64,000 nt of DNA. Source: an uncultured Alphaproteobacteria bacterium. GTDB lineage: Bacteria; Pseudomonadota; Alphaproteobacteria; Rhizobiales; Hyphomicrobiaceae. Below, piece by piece: positions 40,681-50,777 of this stretch. A program made the translations under genes and the position numbers. Under the pieces are notes generated by a model. It did no database searches. It was not told where the DNA came from and saw only the letters and a list, made by a program, of their open reading frames with translations. Positions within the stretch are counted from its first letter, which is position 1; each line of letters starts with the position of its first letter. The stretch spans positions 21,306 to 85,305 of the forward strand of contig CAVWAT010000011.1 in assembly GCA_963753045.1 (NCBI GenBank), read 5' to 3'.

Positions 40681-41622
40681 ATGAAAGCCAACAAAGCCAT
40701 CAAAGCCAAGACAACTTCAAAAAAAACAAACAAGGCCACGAAACCCTCCGCTGCCCCGACGGCGGTAACTCAGCAATCGCCCAAAAAACCGGCAGCCGCG
40801 AACGAGCAGCCAAAACGCTCCAAGCCGGCACAGAGCCCCGCCGCCGCCAAAGCCTCTCGTGTAAAGCCAAAACCAAAAGCCCCCAAGAAACGCCGTCGCC
40901 CCTCGGTATCTCCCGAAACTGTCGAAGCCATTTTCTCCCGGTTTTTCGAAATCGAGCCGGAACCGAAGGGCGAACTGGAGCATACCGATGCTTACACCCT
41001 TCTAGTCGCCGTCGTTTTATCCGCTCAAGCCACCGACGCCGGCGTCAATAAGGCCACCCGCGCTCTCTTTGCCGCCGCCGATACGCCTGAAAAAATGGTC
41101 ACGATCGGCGAAGACCGTGTGCGCGAAATGATCAAGACCATCGGGCTCTTCCGCAACAAGGCCAAGAACGTCATCGCCTTATCACGCAAGCTCATCGACG
41201 AGCACGCAGGCGAGGTTCCGCGAGACCTCGCAGACCTTGAAAGCCTCCCGGGAGTCGGCCGCAAAACCGCTAACGTCGTGCTCAATGTCTGGTTTGGCGA
41301 GCCGGCAATGGCCGTTGACACACACGTTTTTCGTATCGCCCATCGGCTCGGCTTTTCAAAGGGCAAGACGCCGGAGGAGGTGGAAGCCGATCTTCTTGCC
41401 ATTGTCCCACGGCAATACGGCGTACCCGCCCACCATTGGCTGATCCTGCACGGGCGCTATCTGTGCAAGGCACGCAAGCCGGAGTGTTGGCGTTGTCCGA
41501 TCCGCGACCTATGCCCGTACAAGAAAAAACGCCGGCCCCCAATCGGTAGGCCGGCGTCCGAGAACGTTTTCATGTCGAGCGGATTTCAATTGACCGCTGC
41601 GACCGCAATCAGTGCCAGATGA
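40681..41622 (+). CDS. nth: Endonuclease III with a Lys/Pro-rich N-extension (start uncertain)
   Basis: LSAQATD, LPGVGRKTANVV, VDTHVFR, C-KARKPEC-x2-C-x5-C. Confidence 0.93.
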   Translation: MKANKAIKAKTTSKKTNKATKPSAAPTAVTQQSPKKPAAANEQPKRSKPAQSPAAAKASRVKPKPKAPKKRRRPSVSPETVEAIFSRFFEIEPEPKGELEHTDAYTLLVAVVLSAQATDAGVNKATRALFAAADTPEKMVTIGEDRVREMIKTIGLFRNKAKNVIALSRKLIDEHAGEVPRDLADLESLPGVGRKTANVVLNVWFGEPAMAVDTHVFRIAHRLGFSKGKTPEEVEADLLAIVPRQYGVPAHHWLILHGRYLCKARKPECWRCPIRDLCPYKKKRRPPIGRPASENVFMSSGFQLTAATAISAR

Positions 41623-42028
41623 CCGCGAGAAGGCGACGACCCACGCGCGTCCTTAGCTCGTCGCACTCGATGGTGCGGTCGCCGTCTGGATTAGCAGCGT
41701 AAAAGCGCCCCCGAACGAGCCGGGTCCACTCAACGCGGTCCAAGCCCCTGCGTTTGATTTTGTTGTAGCGATCAAAAGTCTTCGGACCGATACGGCCACG
41801 GACCTCGTCGTATTCCAGCGTGAAATCGCCGTCCGGGTTCAGCGCCCGGAATGTCGCCTTGCCGGCACGTTTGGCTTCGAAAATATTCAGCTTGCCGTCG
41901 CGATTACGATCATACTTGGCGATGACCTTGCAGGCGTGGGCTCCGGCTTCAACAACGGGTGCTGTCACGGTTGCTGTAAATCCCACGGCGACGGCTGCCG
42001 CGAGGCTTATTGCGATCTTTGATTTCAT
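41609..42028 (-). CDS. Secreted four-loop EF-hand protein, divergent lanmodulin-like
   Basis: Signal peptide; loops DRNRDGKLNIFE, NPDGDFTLEYDE, NKIKRRGLDRVE, NPDGDRTIECDE separated by 12/13/12 residues, the LanM spacing. Confidence 0.8.
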   Translation of the reverse strand: MKSKIAISLAAAVAVGFTATVTAPVVEAGAHACKVIAKYDRNRDGKLNIFEAKRAGKATFRALNPDGDFTLEYDEVRGRIGPKTFDRYNKIKRRGLDRVEWTRLVRGRFYAANPDGDRTIECDELRTRVGRRLLAVIWH

Positions 42029-42272
42029 TTATTGGACTCCGATTGAACAACAAGCAGGCAGCCTCCGGACAGGGAGCGCATCTTTGCAACGATCCCAAGC
42101 CGCAGCGACCCCTACCAAGTTGATGTCGCGCGTGAGCCCTAGCACCTCAAAGGTTTCATTAAAAACTAAATTTCGCGCTGCAGCATTTGGCCGCAAGAGG
42201 CTGCGACAAAACGCAAACAAGCGGGACCCTCCGGTCCCGCTTGGGTTGACTACTCTTTTATGTTGTACCGGC

Positions 42273-42727
42273 TCAGGTCCTAACGGCTTCCCTGTCCCAA
42301 AGACGAGCTTCACTCAGCGCGTCGCCCGCAACAACCAGTCCCGCGCCAAGAAGCACGACATCTTTCAAAAGGAACTGGCCAGGAACCACCGACAGTGCCA
42401 GAAACCCTCCGAGGCTTGCTTCCCAGCCAGGCGCCGACAAGATGAAGGTCAGCGTGACCGCCGTCGTCGCTGCGACAAGAAAACCGCCAACAAAACGGCA
42501 GTGGCGATTTCAACCGTGCCGATCAGGTTTGCGACGCCGCGCACGTCAAGAATGCTGTAAAGCCAGTATAATATTGGGCTAGAGCCAACCAGGCCCTGAA
42601 TGGCGTTGGCTTCATAGGCAGTAAATTTCATTGCCCCAATCCACGCAAACACGAGGGCTAGACCGTACAGGATCACCTTGCCACCGAGTGCGGAGACAGC
42701 GTTGTTTGAAATCGAGTAATTGCTCAT
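42273..42727 (-). pseudogene. YkgB/RclC (DUF417) membrane protein, one frameshift
   Basis: WIGAMKFTAYEA..I..LV..SP, then in a shifted frame TLTFILSAPGW..GQFLLKD. Confidence 0.8.
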
Positions 42728-42902
42728 GATCATCATCCTCTCTCGCGTTTCCGCGATCTGAATTCCATTTTTACGACGACGTCTCGCGTCGGCGTTGTCC
42801 CCAATATGCATTTGGAGCCGATTGGTTCATAACACACTTCTGTGAGTTGTTGACTTTTTGATCCCAAACCCGATCTCTAGTGCAAGTTGAGGAGATTGGA
42901 CC

Positions 42903-43499
42903 ATGGCGCGACCGCGCGAATTCGATATCGACGATGCCATCGCAAAAGCCGTCGAAGTGTTTTGGCTGAGGGGCTATGACGGCGCTGCCCTACCCGACTT
43001 GCTGGACGGAATGGGGATCGCGAGGGGCAGCCTGTACAAAGCCTTCGGCGACAAGAAGCAGCTCTACCTTCGCGTGCTGCAAAGGTATGATGAAGTTGCC
43101 GTGGCGGGCGCTGTTGAACGACTTACAGACCCAAGCGAGCCCGATGGCGTCAAGCGTATCGCCCGCCTCTTCGACTCGGTCATTGATGTTGTCCGTGAAG
43201 GAGACCGAAAGGGCTGCCTGATGTGCAACGCCGCTGCCGGTCCCGCTTCCGAAGACGCCGATATCGGCAGGGTTGTTTCAAGAATGCTGACCAGGATGAC
43301 GCAAGCCTTCGCCGCCGCGCTGCAGGCTTCCCAACGGGCCCAAGAATGGCCCCAAGAAGCTCAGGAAGCCGAGGCGGAAAGCCTGACTGCTTCTTATGTG
43401 GGTTTGCGCATTCTCGCCAAGGCCGGCGAGCCGGCCGACCGGCTGCAAGCCGCTGCCGATGCGGCCGTCGGCAAAAGCCTTCGTAGCGGGAAGGTCTAG
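42903..43499 (+). CDS. TetR-family regulator, divergent from the DUF417 gene
   Basis: MARPREFD..FW..GY..GSLYKAFGDK, KGCLMCN. Confidence 0.92.
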   Translation: MARPREFDIDDAIAKAVEVFWLRGYDGAALPDLLDGMGIARGSLYKAFGDKKQLYLRVLQRYDEVAVAGAVERLTDPSEPDGVKRIARLFDSVIDVVREGDRKGCLMCNAAAGPASEDADIGRVVSRMLTRMTQAFAAALQASQRAQEWPQEAQEAEAESLTASYVGLRILAKAGEPADRLQAAADAAVGKSLRSGKV

Positions 43500-43521
43500 A
43501 GCGGTTCAGAATTGCTTCCAG

Positions 43522-44331
43522 CTAATTCTGAACCGCTCTATAATCCCTCGCCACGCCGTCCATCCGCATGGCGAGGCCAGCCTTCGCCATATGCCGCTTA
43601 GCGTCACCGATAGTGTGCGTTCCGAAATGGAAAATGGAGGCGGCAAGTACAGCACTCGCATGCCCCTCTCGGACTCCATCGACCATATGATCGAGGTTAC
43701 CGACACCGCCCGAAGCAATGACTGGAACCGACACCGCATCTGAAATCGCCCGCGTCAGCGCCAGATCGAATCCGGCCTTGGTTCCATCCCGATCCATCGA
43801 CGTGAGTAGAATCTCACCCGCACCAAGATCGACCACCTCCGTGGCGTAAGCGACGGCGTCAATTCCAGTCGGCTTACGGCCGCCGTGCGTAAAGATCTCC
43901 CACCTGAGCGGTTCCCCGGAAGCCGACACCTGCTTAGCGTCAATGGCGACAACGATGCACTGGGCGCCGAATTTCCCGCTGGCTTCACGCACGAACTCCC
44001 GACGGTTGACCGCCGCGGTGTTGATCGAAACCTTGTCGGCGCCAGCTTCCAGCAGCTTGCGCACATCCTCGATCGTTCGCACACCGCCACCGACGGTCAA
44101 CGGCATGAAGCACCGCTCCGCCGTCTCTTCTACGATGTGAAAAATCGTGTCGCGGTCTTCGTGGCTGGCGGTGATGTCGAGAAAGCAAAGCTCGTCCGCG
44201 CCGGCTTCATCGTACGCGGCCGCAGCTTCGACGGGGTCGCCGGCGTCAATGAGGTCGACGAAGTTGACGCCCTTGACGACACGGCCGTCCTTGACGTCGA
44301 GGCAGGGAATAATGCGGATCTTCAGGGTCAT
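43522..44331 (-). CDS. hisF: Imidazole glycerol phosphate synthase cyclase subunit
   Basis: [40 protein letters not shown]. Confidence 0.97.
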   Translation of the reverse strand: MTLKIRIIPCLDVKDGRVVKGVNFVDLIDAGDPVEAAAAYDEAGADELCFLDITASHEDRDTIFHIVEETAERCFMPLTVGGGVRTIEDVRKLLEAGADKVSINTAAVNRREFVREASGKFGAQCIVVAIDAKQVSASGEPLRWEIFTHGGRKPTGIDAVAYATEVVDLGAGEILLTSMDRDGTKAGFDLALTRAISDAVSVPVIASGGVGNLDHMVDGVREGHASAVLAASIFHFGTHTIGDAKRHMAKAGLAMRMDGVARDYRAVQN

Positions 44332-44388
44332 GGCAAACAAGTAGCCCGGCGGCAAATCGACAGCAAGCACCCCGTCATCATCAATCCT

Positions 44389-45612
44389 TCACCGTTCACC
44401 CGCCAGCCACGCCACCGCGCCCCGACCAGCCGCCGCCCCAGTGGCGAATGACGCCTGCAGAAGATACCCCCCTGTCGGCGCCTCCCAATCGAGCATCTCC
44501 CCAGCTACAAACGCGCCCGGGCGCCGCTTCAGCATGAAGTTGCTGTCGATCTCCCCCAGCGCAACTCCGCCCGCCGTAGAGATTGCACGGTCAATGGGTG
44601 CCGTCGCCGTGAGGTGAACCGGCACCGCTTTGATCAGCCGTGCGAGGTCTTCAGGGGGCAATTGGCCAAGAGCATCGGGTAACGATAGCGCCGCCTCGTG
44701 CAGCAGCCCGATCGCAACCGGCGATAAGCGCGCCCCCTTGCGCAGATAAGTCGACATTGATTGCTTTTTGCGGGGCGCTTGCAGCAATTTCTCCAAGTCG
44801 CCCTCCGTCAGGTCCGGACGCAGATCAATGGTGATCGTTGCGCAACCTTCCGTGGCGATGGCTTCCCGCAAAACAGCGGACATCCCGTAGATCGCCCCGC
44901 CTTCAAGCCCATTCGCGGTAATCAACGCCTCGCCGCGAACCATCGCGCCACCGAAACCGATCCCAATTCGCTTCACTGGCACGCCTTGAAACCGCTCGCG
45001 GAAAGCATCCGACCAATCGACGCAAAAACCGCAGTTGGACGCTCGCAATGCCACCACGTCGATCCCAGCTCCCCGCAGGATCTCGACAAAACTGCCGTCT
45101 GACCCAAGCCGCGCCCAACTCGCCCCGCCCAGCGCCAGAACCGCAGCATCGGCCATGACCGTGGTAGGCCCATCCGGAGTCTCGAACAGAAGGGCACCCG
45201 ATGGCTCCCAACCCAGCCAGCGATGTCGCGTCCTAACCGTGACACCGAGCTCATCGAGCCGCCGCAGCCACGCCCGCAACAGCGGTGAGGACTTCATGGA
45301 CTTTGGGAAAACACGGCCGCTGGAACCAATGAACGTCTCCTGGCCAAGTCCGTTACACCAGGCTTCGATGGATGCTGGCGGCAAAGCCTCGATCGCCGGC
45401 CGCAAAGCCTGTTCACTGACGCCGTATCGGCTGAGAAACGCATCCAGGTTCTCACTGTGCGTCAGGTTGAGCCCACCACGGCCCGCCATCAGGAACTTGC
45501 GCCCGACCGTCGGCATCCGCTCGAAGATGTCGACCGAATGTCCCGCACCGGCGATCACTTCGGCAGCCATCAAACCGGCAGGGCCGGCTCCGATAACGGC
45601 AACGATGCTCAC
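44389..45612 (-). CDS. HI0933/TIGR03862-like flavoprotein
   Basis: VIGAGPAG, GRGGLNLTH, GRVFP, TAGGV, GEMLDWEAPTGGY. Confidence 0.9.
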   Translation of the reverse strand: MSIVAVIGAGPAGLMAAEVIAGAGHSVDIFERMPTVGRKFLMAGRGGLNLTHSENLDAFLSRYGVSEQALRPAIEALPPASIEAWCNGLGQETFIGSSGRVFPKSMKSSPLLRAWLRRLDELGVTVRTRHRWLGWEPSGALLFETPDGPTTVMADAAVLALGGASWARLGSDGSFVEILRGAGIDVVALRASNCGFCVDWSDAFRERFQGVPVKRIGIGFGGAMVRGEALITANGLEGGAIYGMSAVLREAIATEGCATITIDLRPDLTEGDLEKLLQAPRKKQSMSTYLRKGARLSPVAIGLLHEAALSLPDALGQLPPEDLARLIKAVPVHLTATAPIDRAISTAGGVALGEIDSNFMLKRRPGAFVAGEMLDWEAPTGGYLLQASFATGAAAGRGAVAWLAGER

Positions 45613-46112
45613 TCCGTAGCTTCCGCAATAATTTCTGAGAGGAGCGCGTCGATCTTGCCAAACGCCTTCCGCGTCAGCTTCGACGGCCCCGGAATAAACC
45701 GCCGATAGCCGACCACGACCTGCCCAGGCATCGACCGCTCTTCGAAGACGAACACAACATAAGGGCAAACGGCGATGTTGTAGGGATTGGCGCTCACCGC
45801 ATCGTGGGTGAGTTTAGCGGAACAAAACTGCACATACTTCGCCGCAATGAACGGCGACTTGACGCCCTTTTCCGTAACGCTCCCAACCGTTTCACTCGTC
45901 CGCTCGAGCATCGTATCGACATGGCCGACGTAATCGATCACGAGCCCGCGGTTAACGATGGCGTCCTTCACATCTTGCAGGACTTCAGCGAAATCAGCCT
46001 GTTTGACCGCCGACTTGTAACCCCGCTTTTCCATCGCCACCGCAGGACCAAGGGGAACGGTCAACACCGCGAAAAGCGCGAGCAGTATCCAAATACGGTG
46101 CAAAATCGTCAT
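45609..46112 (-). CDS. DUF302-like exported protein
   Basis: Signal peptide; FCSAKL..NIAVCPY. Confidence 0.75.
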   Translation of the reverse strand: MTILHRIWILLALFAVLTVPLGPAVAMEKRGYKSAVKQADFAEVLQDVKDAIVNRGLVIDYVGHVDTMLERTSETVGSVTEKGVKSPFIAAKYVQFCSAKLTHDAVSANPYNIAVCPYVVFVFEERSMPGQVVVGYRRFIPGPSKLTRKAFGKIDALLSEIIAEATE

Positions 46113-46351
46113 GGCGACATTCCTCCATGGACGTCTTTCTACTGCCGAAAGTTTCAATGGTTCGTGCGCAACGAGAACCAAAAGTAAAGCACCCACAAAG
46201 GGCGTCAATGATTGCCATCAAGCAACCAGGCGACACACGTAAACAGGCTAGGCAACGATTCCGATAACAAATGGACCGCTTGCCACTATCCACCGCCACT
46301 CCTTTTCGCGTACCAGTATGGAATATTGTCGGATTTTGGAGAGGTCACCTC

Positions 46352-47769
46352 ATGGACCTACCGCTCGCTGTCGATCTGGCCCGTATCCAGTTTGCGTTCA
46401 CGGTTTCATTTCACATCATGTTTCCCGCCTTCACCATCGGGCTTGCATCTTATCTCGCTGTCCTGGAAGGCCTTTGGCTATTGACCGGACGCAAAGTCTA
46501 TATCGACACATTCAGGTACTGGATGAAGATCTTCGCTGTGTCGTTCGCCATGGGCGTCGTCTCCGGCATCGTCATGAGCTACCAGTTCGGCACCAACTGG
46601 AGCGTCTTTTCCGATAAGACCGGACCCATCCTCGGGCCGCATGATGGGTTATGAGGTGTTGTCCGCCTTCTTCCTCGAGGCCGGTTTCCTCGGTGTCATG
46701 CTGTTTGGCATGGACCGCGTTGGCAAGGGTCTGCATTTTCTCGCCACCCTGCTGGTTGCGTTCGGCACCTTCTTTTCCGCGTTCTGGATTCTGTCCGTCA
46801 ACAGCTGGATGCAGACGCCGGCAGGCTACGCTATCAACGACGTCGGCCAGTATGTCCCTGCGGACTGGTGGGAAATCGTTTTCAATCCATCGTTCCCATA
46901 CCGGCTGGTGCACATGGTGCTGGCTGCCTACCTCACGACTGCCTTCGTGGTCGGCGCAGTCGGTGCTTGGCACATCCTGCGCGATAAAACCAACGTGAGT
47001 GCGCGCCTGATCGTTCTCGATGGCCATGTGGATGGCCGCTGTGGTCGCCCCAATCCAGATCTTCGCAGGCGACGTCCACGGCCTCAATACGCTTGCGCAT
47101 CAGCCGGCCAAGATCGCCGCCATGGAAGGACACTATGAGACCGCAGAGGGGCGCTCCGCTGATCCTGTTCGGCTTCCCCGATATGGAAGCTGAAGAGACT
47201 CGACTACGCTATCGGGATACCCAAGCTCGGCAGCCTCATCCTGACCCACGAGTGGGATGGCGAAGTTAAAGGGCTCAAGGCCTGGCCGAAGGAGGAAAGA
47301 CCCTATGCGCCGGTCCTGTTCTGGAGCTTCCGGATCATGGTCGGCATTGGCTTTTTGATGGTTGTCATCGGCGTTTGGTCGCTGATTATGAGGTTCAGTG
47401 GCCGACTCTACGAACCAAGTCTCCTCCACCGATCGGCAGTGGCGATGGGACCGATGGGATTTGTCGCCGTGCTTGCCGGCTGGATAACAACAGAGATGGG
47501 CCGCCAGCCTTACACCGTCTACGGCCTCCTCAAGACCGTCGAACTCCGCTTCACCACTCGATGCGCTAGCAGTGTCGGTATCGCTCACCGCTTTTGCGGT
47601 CGTGTATTTCGTCGTGTTTGGCGCCGGCATTTATTATCTGCTGCGAATGATGGCCAAGCCGCCCGAAAGCGACGAGCCAGGCCTACCGGAAGACAAACCG
47701 ATTCGTTCAGCTGGGATAACGCCAACCCCGCCACTGAGAACCCCCGGCGCTGTCCAACCTAGTGAGTAG
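46352..47769 (+). pseudogene. cydA: Cytochrome bd oxidase subunit I, frameshifted
   Basis: LARIQFAFTVSFH, GIVMSYQFG, EAGF, HQPAKIAAMEG, GWITTEMGRQP. Confidence 0.92.
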
Positions 47770-47778
47770 GAGCCCAGT

Positions 47779-48783
47779 ATGGAACTCGATCTGGCATTCA
47801 TCTGGGCCGTTTTGATTGCTATCGCAGTCCTTGCCTACGTCTTGCTCGACGGCTTCGACCTCGGCATCGGCATTCTGTTTCCGTTCCTCAAGAACGAACG
47901 CCAACGCGATGTCGCGATGAACACGGTCGCCCCGGTCTGGGACGGCAACGAAACCTGGCTGGTCCTAGGCGGCGGCGGACTCTTCGCTGTCTTTCCGCTT
48001 GCCTACGCGGTCATCATGCCAGCCCTTTATGCCCCCATCATCGCTATGCTTCTTGGGCTCATATTCCGCGGCGTCGCCTTCGAATTCCGCTGGAAGGCCA
48101 ACCGCTCGAGAGCCATTTGGGATTGGTCATTCACACTAGGTTCGCTGACGGCTGCATTTGCTCAGGGCATAATGCTCGGAGCTCTCGTGCAGGGTATTGA
48201 GGTCGCAGACCGCGCCTATGCCGGCGGCTGGTGGGATTGGCTGACGCCGTTTCAGATTGCCACCGGAATTGCCGTTATTATCGGCTACACCCTACTTGGC
48301 GCCACCTGGTTAATCGTGAAAACCGAAGGTGACTTGCAGGAGCAGGCTTACCGTTGGGCCAAGACAGCCGGCATCGGTACAATCGTGATGATCGGCATCA
48401 TCAGTCTTTGGACACCGTTCTTGAATGACATCTTCATGCAACGCTGGTTGGCCTTCCCGGCGATTGTCTATGCCGCTCCGGTGCCAATCCTGGTGCTAGC
48501 GGCGGCTTTCAGCCTCTACAAGGGGTTGCAGATGCGCCGCGAACTGCAACCGTTCCTTTCTGCCTTGGCCTTGTTCGTATTGTGTTTCATCGGCCTTGGC
48601 ATCGGCTTCTTCCCGTACATGGTCCCACACTCGATCACGATCTGGGACGCCGCCGCCCCCGATTCGAGCCTGCTCTTCCTGCTTGTGGGTGCGTCGGTCC
48701 TATTACCACTGATCCTGGCCTATACCGCCTACTCGTACTGGGTGTTTCGCGGCAAGATCCGCGAAGGAGAAGGTTACCACTGA
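47779..48783 (+). CDS. cydB: Cytochrome bd oxidase subunit II
   Basis: LDGFDLGIG, PVWDGNETW, RGVAFEFR, AYSYWVFRGK. Confidence 0.96.
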   Translation: MELDLAFIWAVLIAIAVLAYVLLDGFDLGIGILFPFLKNERQRDVAMNTVAPVWDGNETWLVLGGGGLFAVFPLAYAVIMPALYAPIIAMLLGLIFRGVAFEFRWKANRSRAIWDWSFTLGSLTAAFAQGIMLGALVQGIEVADRAYAGGWWDWLTPFQIATGIAVIIGYTLLGATWLIVKTEGDLQEQAYRWAKTAGIGTIVMIGIISLWTPFLNDIFMQRWLAFPAIVYAAPVPILVLAAAFSLYKGLQMRRELQPFLSALALFVLCFIGLGIGFFPYMVPHSITIWDAAAPDSSLLFLLVGASVLLPLILAYTAYSYWVFRGKIREGEGYH

Positions 48784-49019
48784 TGCCGTATGGCGGGCCG
48801 CGGCAAGACCAGCTCAACGCCGGCTTGCCGAGTGTTGACGGAAACGAGCTCAACACCGGCTTGGCCTCCAACACAGCCCCAAGCGGTGATGGCGGATCGA
48901 ATGCCAGCGCTCAAGCACCCCGCCCATTCCTGCTTCGCCTGGCCTGGTTCATCGCTATTTGGGCCGCAAGCGTGGCCGCTCTCAGCCTGGTTGCGGCCCT
49001 GATTCGGCTCGCGTTATAG
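48783..49019 (+). CDS. DUF2474-like small membrane protein
   Basis: ATG overlaps the cydB stop; RLAWFIAIWAASVAAL..LIR. Confidence 0.7.
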   Translation: MPYGGPRQDQLNAGLPSVDGNELNTGLASNTAPSGDGGSNASAQAPRPFLLRLAWFIAIWAASVAALSLVAALIRLAL

Positions 49020-49260
49020 AAACTCCTCATAACCAGCACCTCAAGACAGGGAACCGCATTCCCCCTTTGCACCTCCCGGCGCATAGGAACCACTGCGCCG
49101 CCCACATACAGAAAATAAAATCCCAAGATGGGAGCATGAGGAACATTTTTTCTCTTATCGACTAAAATTAGCTAGAATTTAGCAAATCATTTCGCTATTT
49201 ACTCTCATAAGGCTTCAATGACGCGGCGCAAAAGCTGCGCGCCTGGAGATCATTTGCGAA

Positions 49261-49641
49261 ATGAAGACGATCCACATCCACGTTGAGCTTCCCGATGGCA
49301 GTCGCCACACGCTAGAGGCTCCCGAAGGCTACCGGGTGATGGAAGTCATCCGCGACTACGGCCTTCCAATTAAAGCCGAATGCGGCGGCGCATGTGCTTG
49401 TGCGACATGCCACGTCCGCATCGCGGACGAGTGGGTGCAGCGGGTCATCCCACCACGCGACGATGAATTGGACAAACTCGATGAGATCCACAGCGCCGAC
49501 GACAACTCGCGCCTGTCATGCCAGCTGCTGACCGACACCGCCATCGACGGTCTTGTTGTCAGGCTTGAAGCCGACAGCATGTCCAACGCCAACTTACCGC
49601 GCGTTGAATACGCACGCCCAACATTGGAGGTCGCGAGCTGA
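49261..49641 (+). CDS. 2Fe-2S ferredoxin
   Basis: AECGGACACATCHV..SRLSCQ. Confidence 0.93.
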   Translation: MKTIHIHVELPDGSRHTLEAPEGYRVMEVIRDYGLPIKAECGGACACATCHVRIADEWVQRVIPPRDDELDKLDEIHSADDNSRLSCQLLTDTAIDGLVVRLEADSMSNANLPRVEYARPTLEVAS

Positions 49642-49645
49642 ACCG

Positions 49646-50497
49646 ATGCGTACCTTCCCAGAACACGACAATACTGTTACGCCGCTGCGCCCAACAGCGC
49701 GCGTTTTACTCGTTGGCGCCGGTCCTGGTGATCCGGAGCTGCTGACGCTGAAAGCCGTTCGCGCACTCGGAACCGCCGACGTCATCCTCTATGATGAACT
49801 CGTCGACCGGAGCGTCCTTGAGCACGCCCACAGCGAAGCCACGTTGATCCACGTCGGCAAACGCGGCGGCCAGCCAAGCTGGAAGCAGGCCGACATCCAC
49901 GAACTCATCCTCGAGCACGCCAGCACCGTTCAGATGATTGTACGCCTAAAAGGCGGCGACCCCTTCGTCTTCGGCCGCGGTGGCGAGGAAATCGCCGCAC
50001 TTCGTTCCGCCGGGATCGAGGTTGAAGTGATCCCAGGGATCACAGCCGCAGTAGCGGCCGCCGCCTCGACACAGGTCCCTCTAACGCATCGGGACCTTTC
50101 CCGCACTGTCACGTTCCTTTCCGGCGCCGGTCCAGGTCATGGCCTGCCAGACTTCACCCATATCGACATGGCAGCGCTCAACGACGGCCAGCACACCATC
50201 GCCGTTTACATGGCCGTGAGGACGGCGGGCGCTCTCGGCCGGACGCTCTTGAACGCCGGTTGGGCCGCGCATACCCCGGTGCTGGCGATTGAGAATGCCT
50301 CAAGACTGGGCGAGCGCCGTGTCCGCGCAACGGTTCAAGACCTTGCATTGCGGCCACAGGCACTTGCCCTGCAAAGCCCCGCCATTTTGCTAGTCGGACG
50401 CGTCGCTGGCCTGCCTGTGCATGGCCGCGTCGACAACGTCGTCGAAACCACAACCGAGCGGGTTCAGACCCAGAATCAGGAGCTTGCTTATGCCTAA
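49646..50497 (+). CDS. cobA: Uroporphyrinogen-III C-methyltransferase (siroheme synthesis)
   Basis: VGAGPGDPELLT, RLKGGDPFVFGRGGEE, PGITAA. Confidence 0.93.
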   Translation: MRTFPEHDNTVTPLRPTARVLLVGAGPGDPELLTLKAVRALGTADVILYDELVDRSVLEHAHSEATLIHVGKRGGQPSWKQADIHELILEHASTVQMIVRLKGGDPFVFGRGGEEIAALRSAGIEVEVIPGITAAVAAAASTQVPLTHRDLSRTVTFLSGAGPGHGLPDFTHIDMAALNDGQHTIAVYMAVRTAGALGRTLLNAGWAAHTPVLAIENASRLGERRVRATVQDLALRPQALALQSPAILLVGRVAGLPVHGRVDNVVETTTERVQTQNQELAYA

Positions 50498-50777
50498 CGT
50501 CATCACCGCGAATAGGCTGGAAGACGGCATCGTTGTTTACTTGTCCGAAGACGACAAGTGGCTGACCGACCTCGCCTCGGCCCGCGTCGCCGACGACGAG
50601 GCCGACTTGGAGAATCTGTCCGCCATCGCCGGTCAGGCCGCCGCTGATCAGCTCATTGTCAGCGCGTATTCCATGGCCGTCGACCTGAACGAGGGAACAC
50701 CTCAGGCCAAGTCCGTCCGCGAGCAAATCCGCGCCTCACATCGTCCGACCATTATTGCCGTCACCGAGATCCACTGA
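50490..50777 (+). CDS. DUF2849 protein
   Basis: VITANRLEDGIVVYL..REQIRA..PTI. Confidence 0.88.
   Translation: MPNVITANRLEDGIVVYLSEDDKWLTDLASARVADDEADLENLSAIAGQAAADQLIVSAYSMAVDLNEGTPQAKSVREQIRASHRPTIIAVTEIH

Noticed and set aside
40549-40920. Novel domain in the N-terminal extension of Nth
   Set aside because: Low-complexity Lys/Ala/Pro tail, uncertain start codon, no motif evidence.
46352-47769. Programmed frameshifting or true loss of cydA (and of the DUF417 gene and P-type ATPase)
   Set aside because: The shifts are single-base, with no slippery-site/stimulator pattern, in otherwise conserved genes; long-read indel error is more likely.
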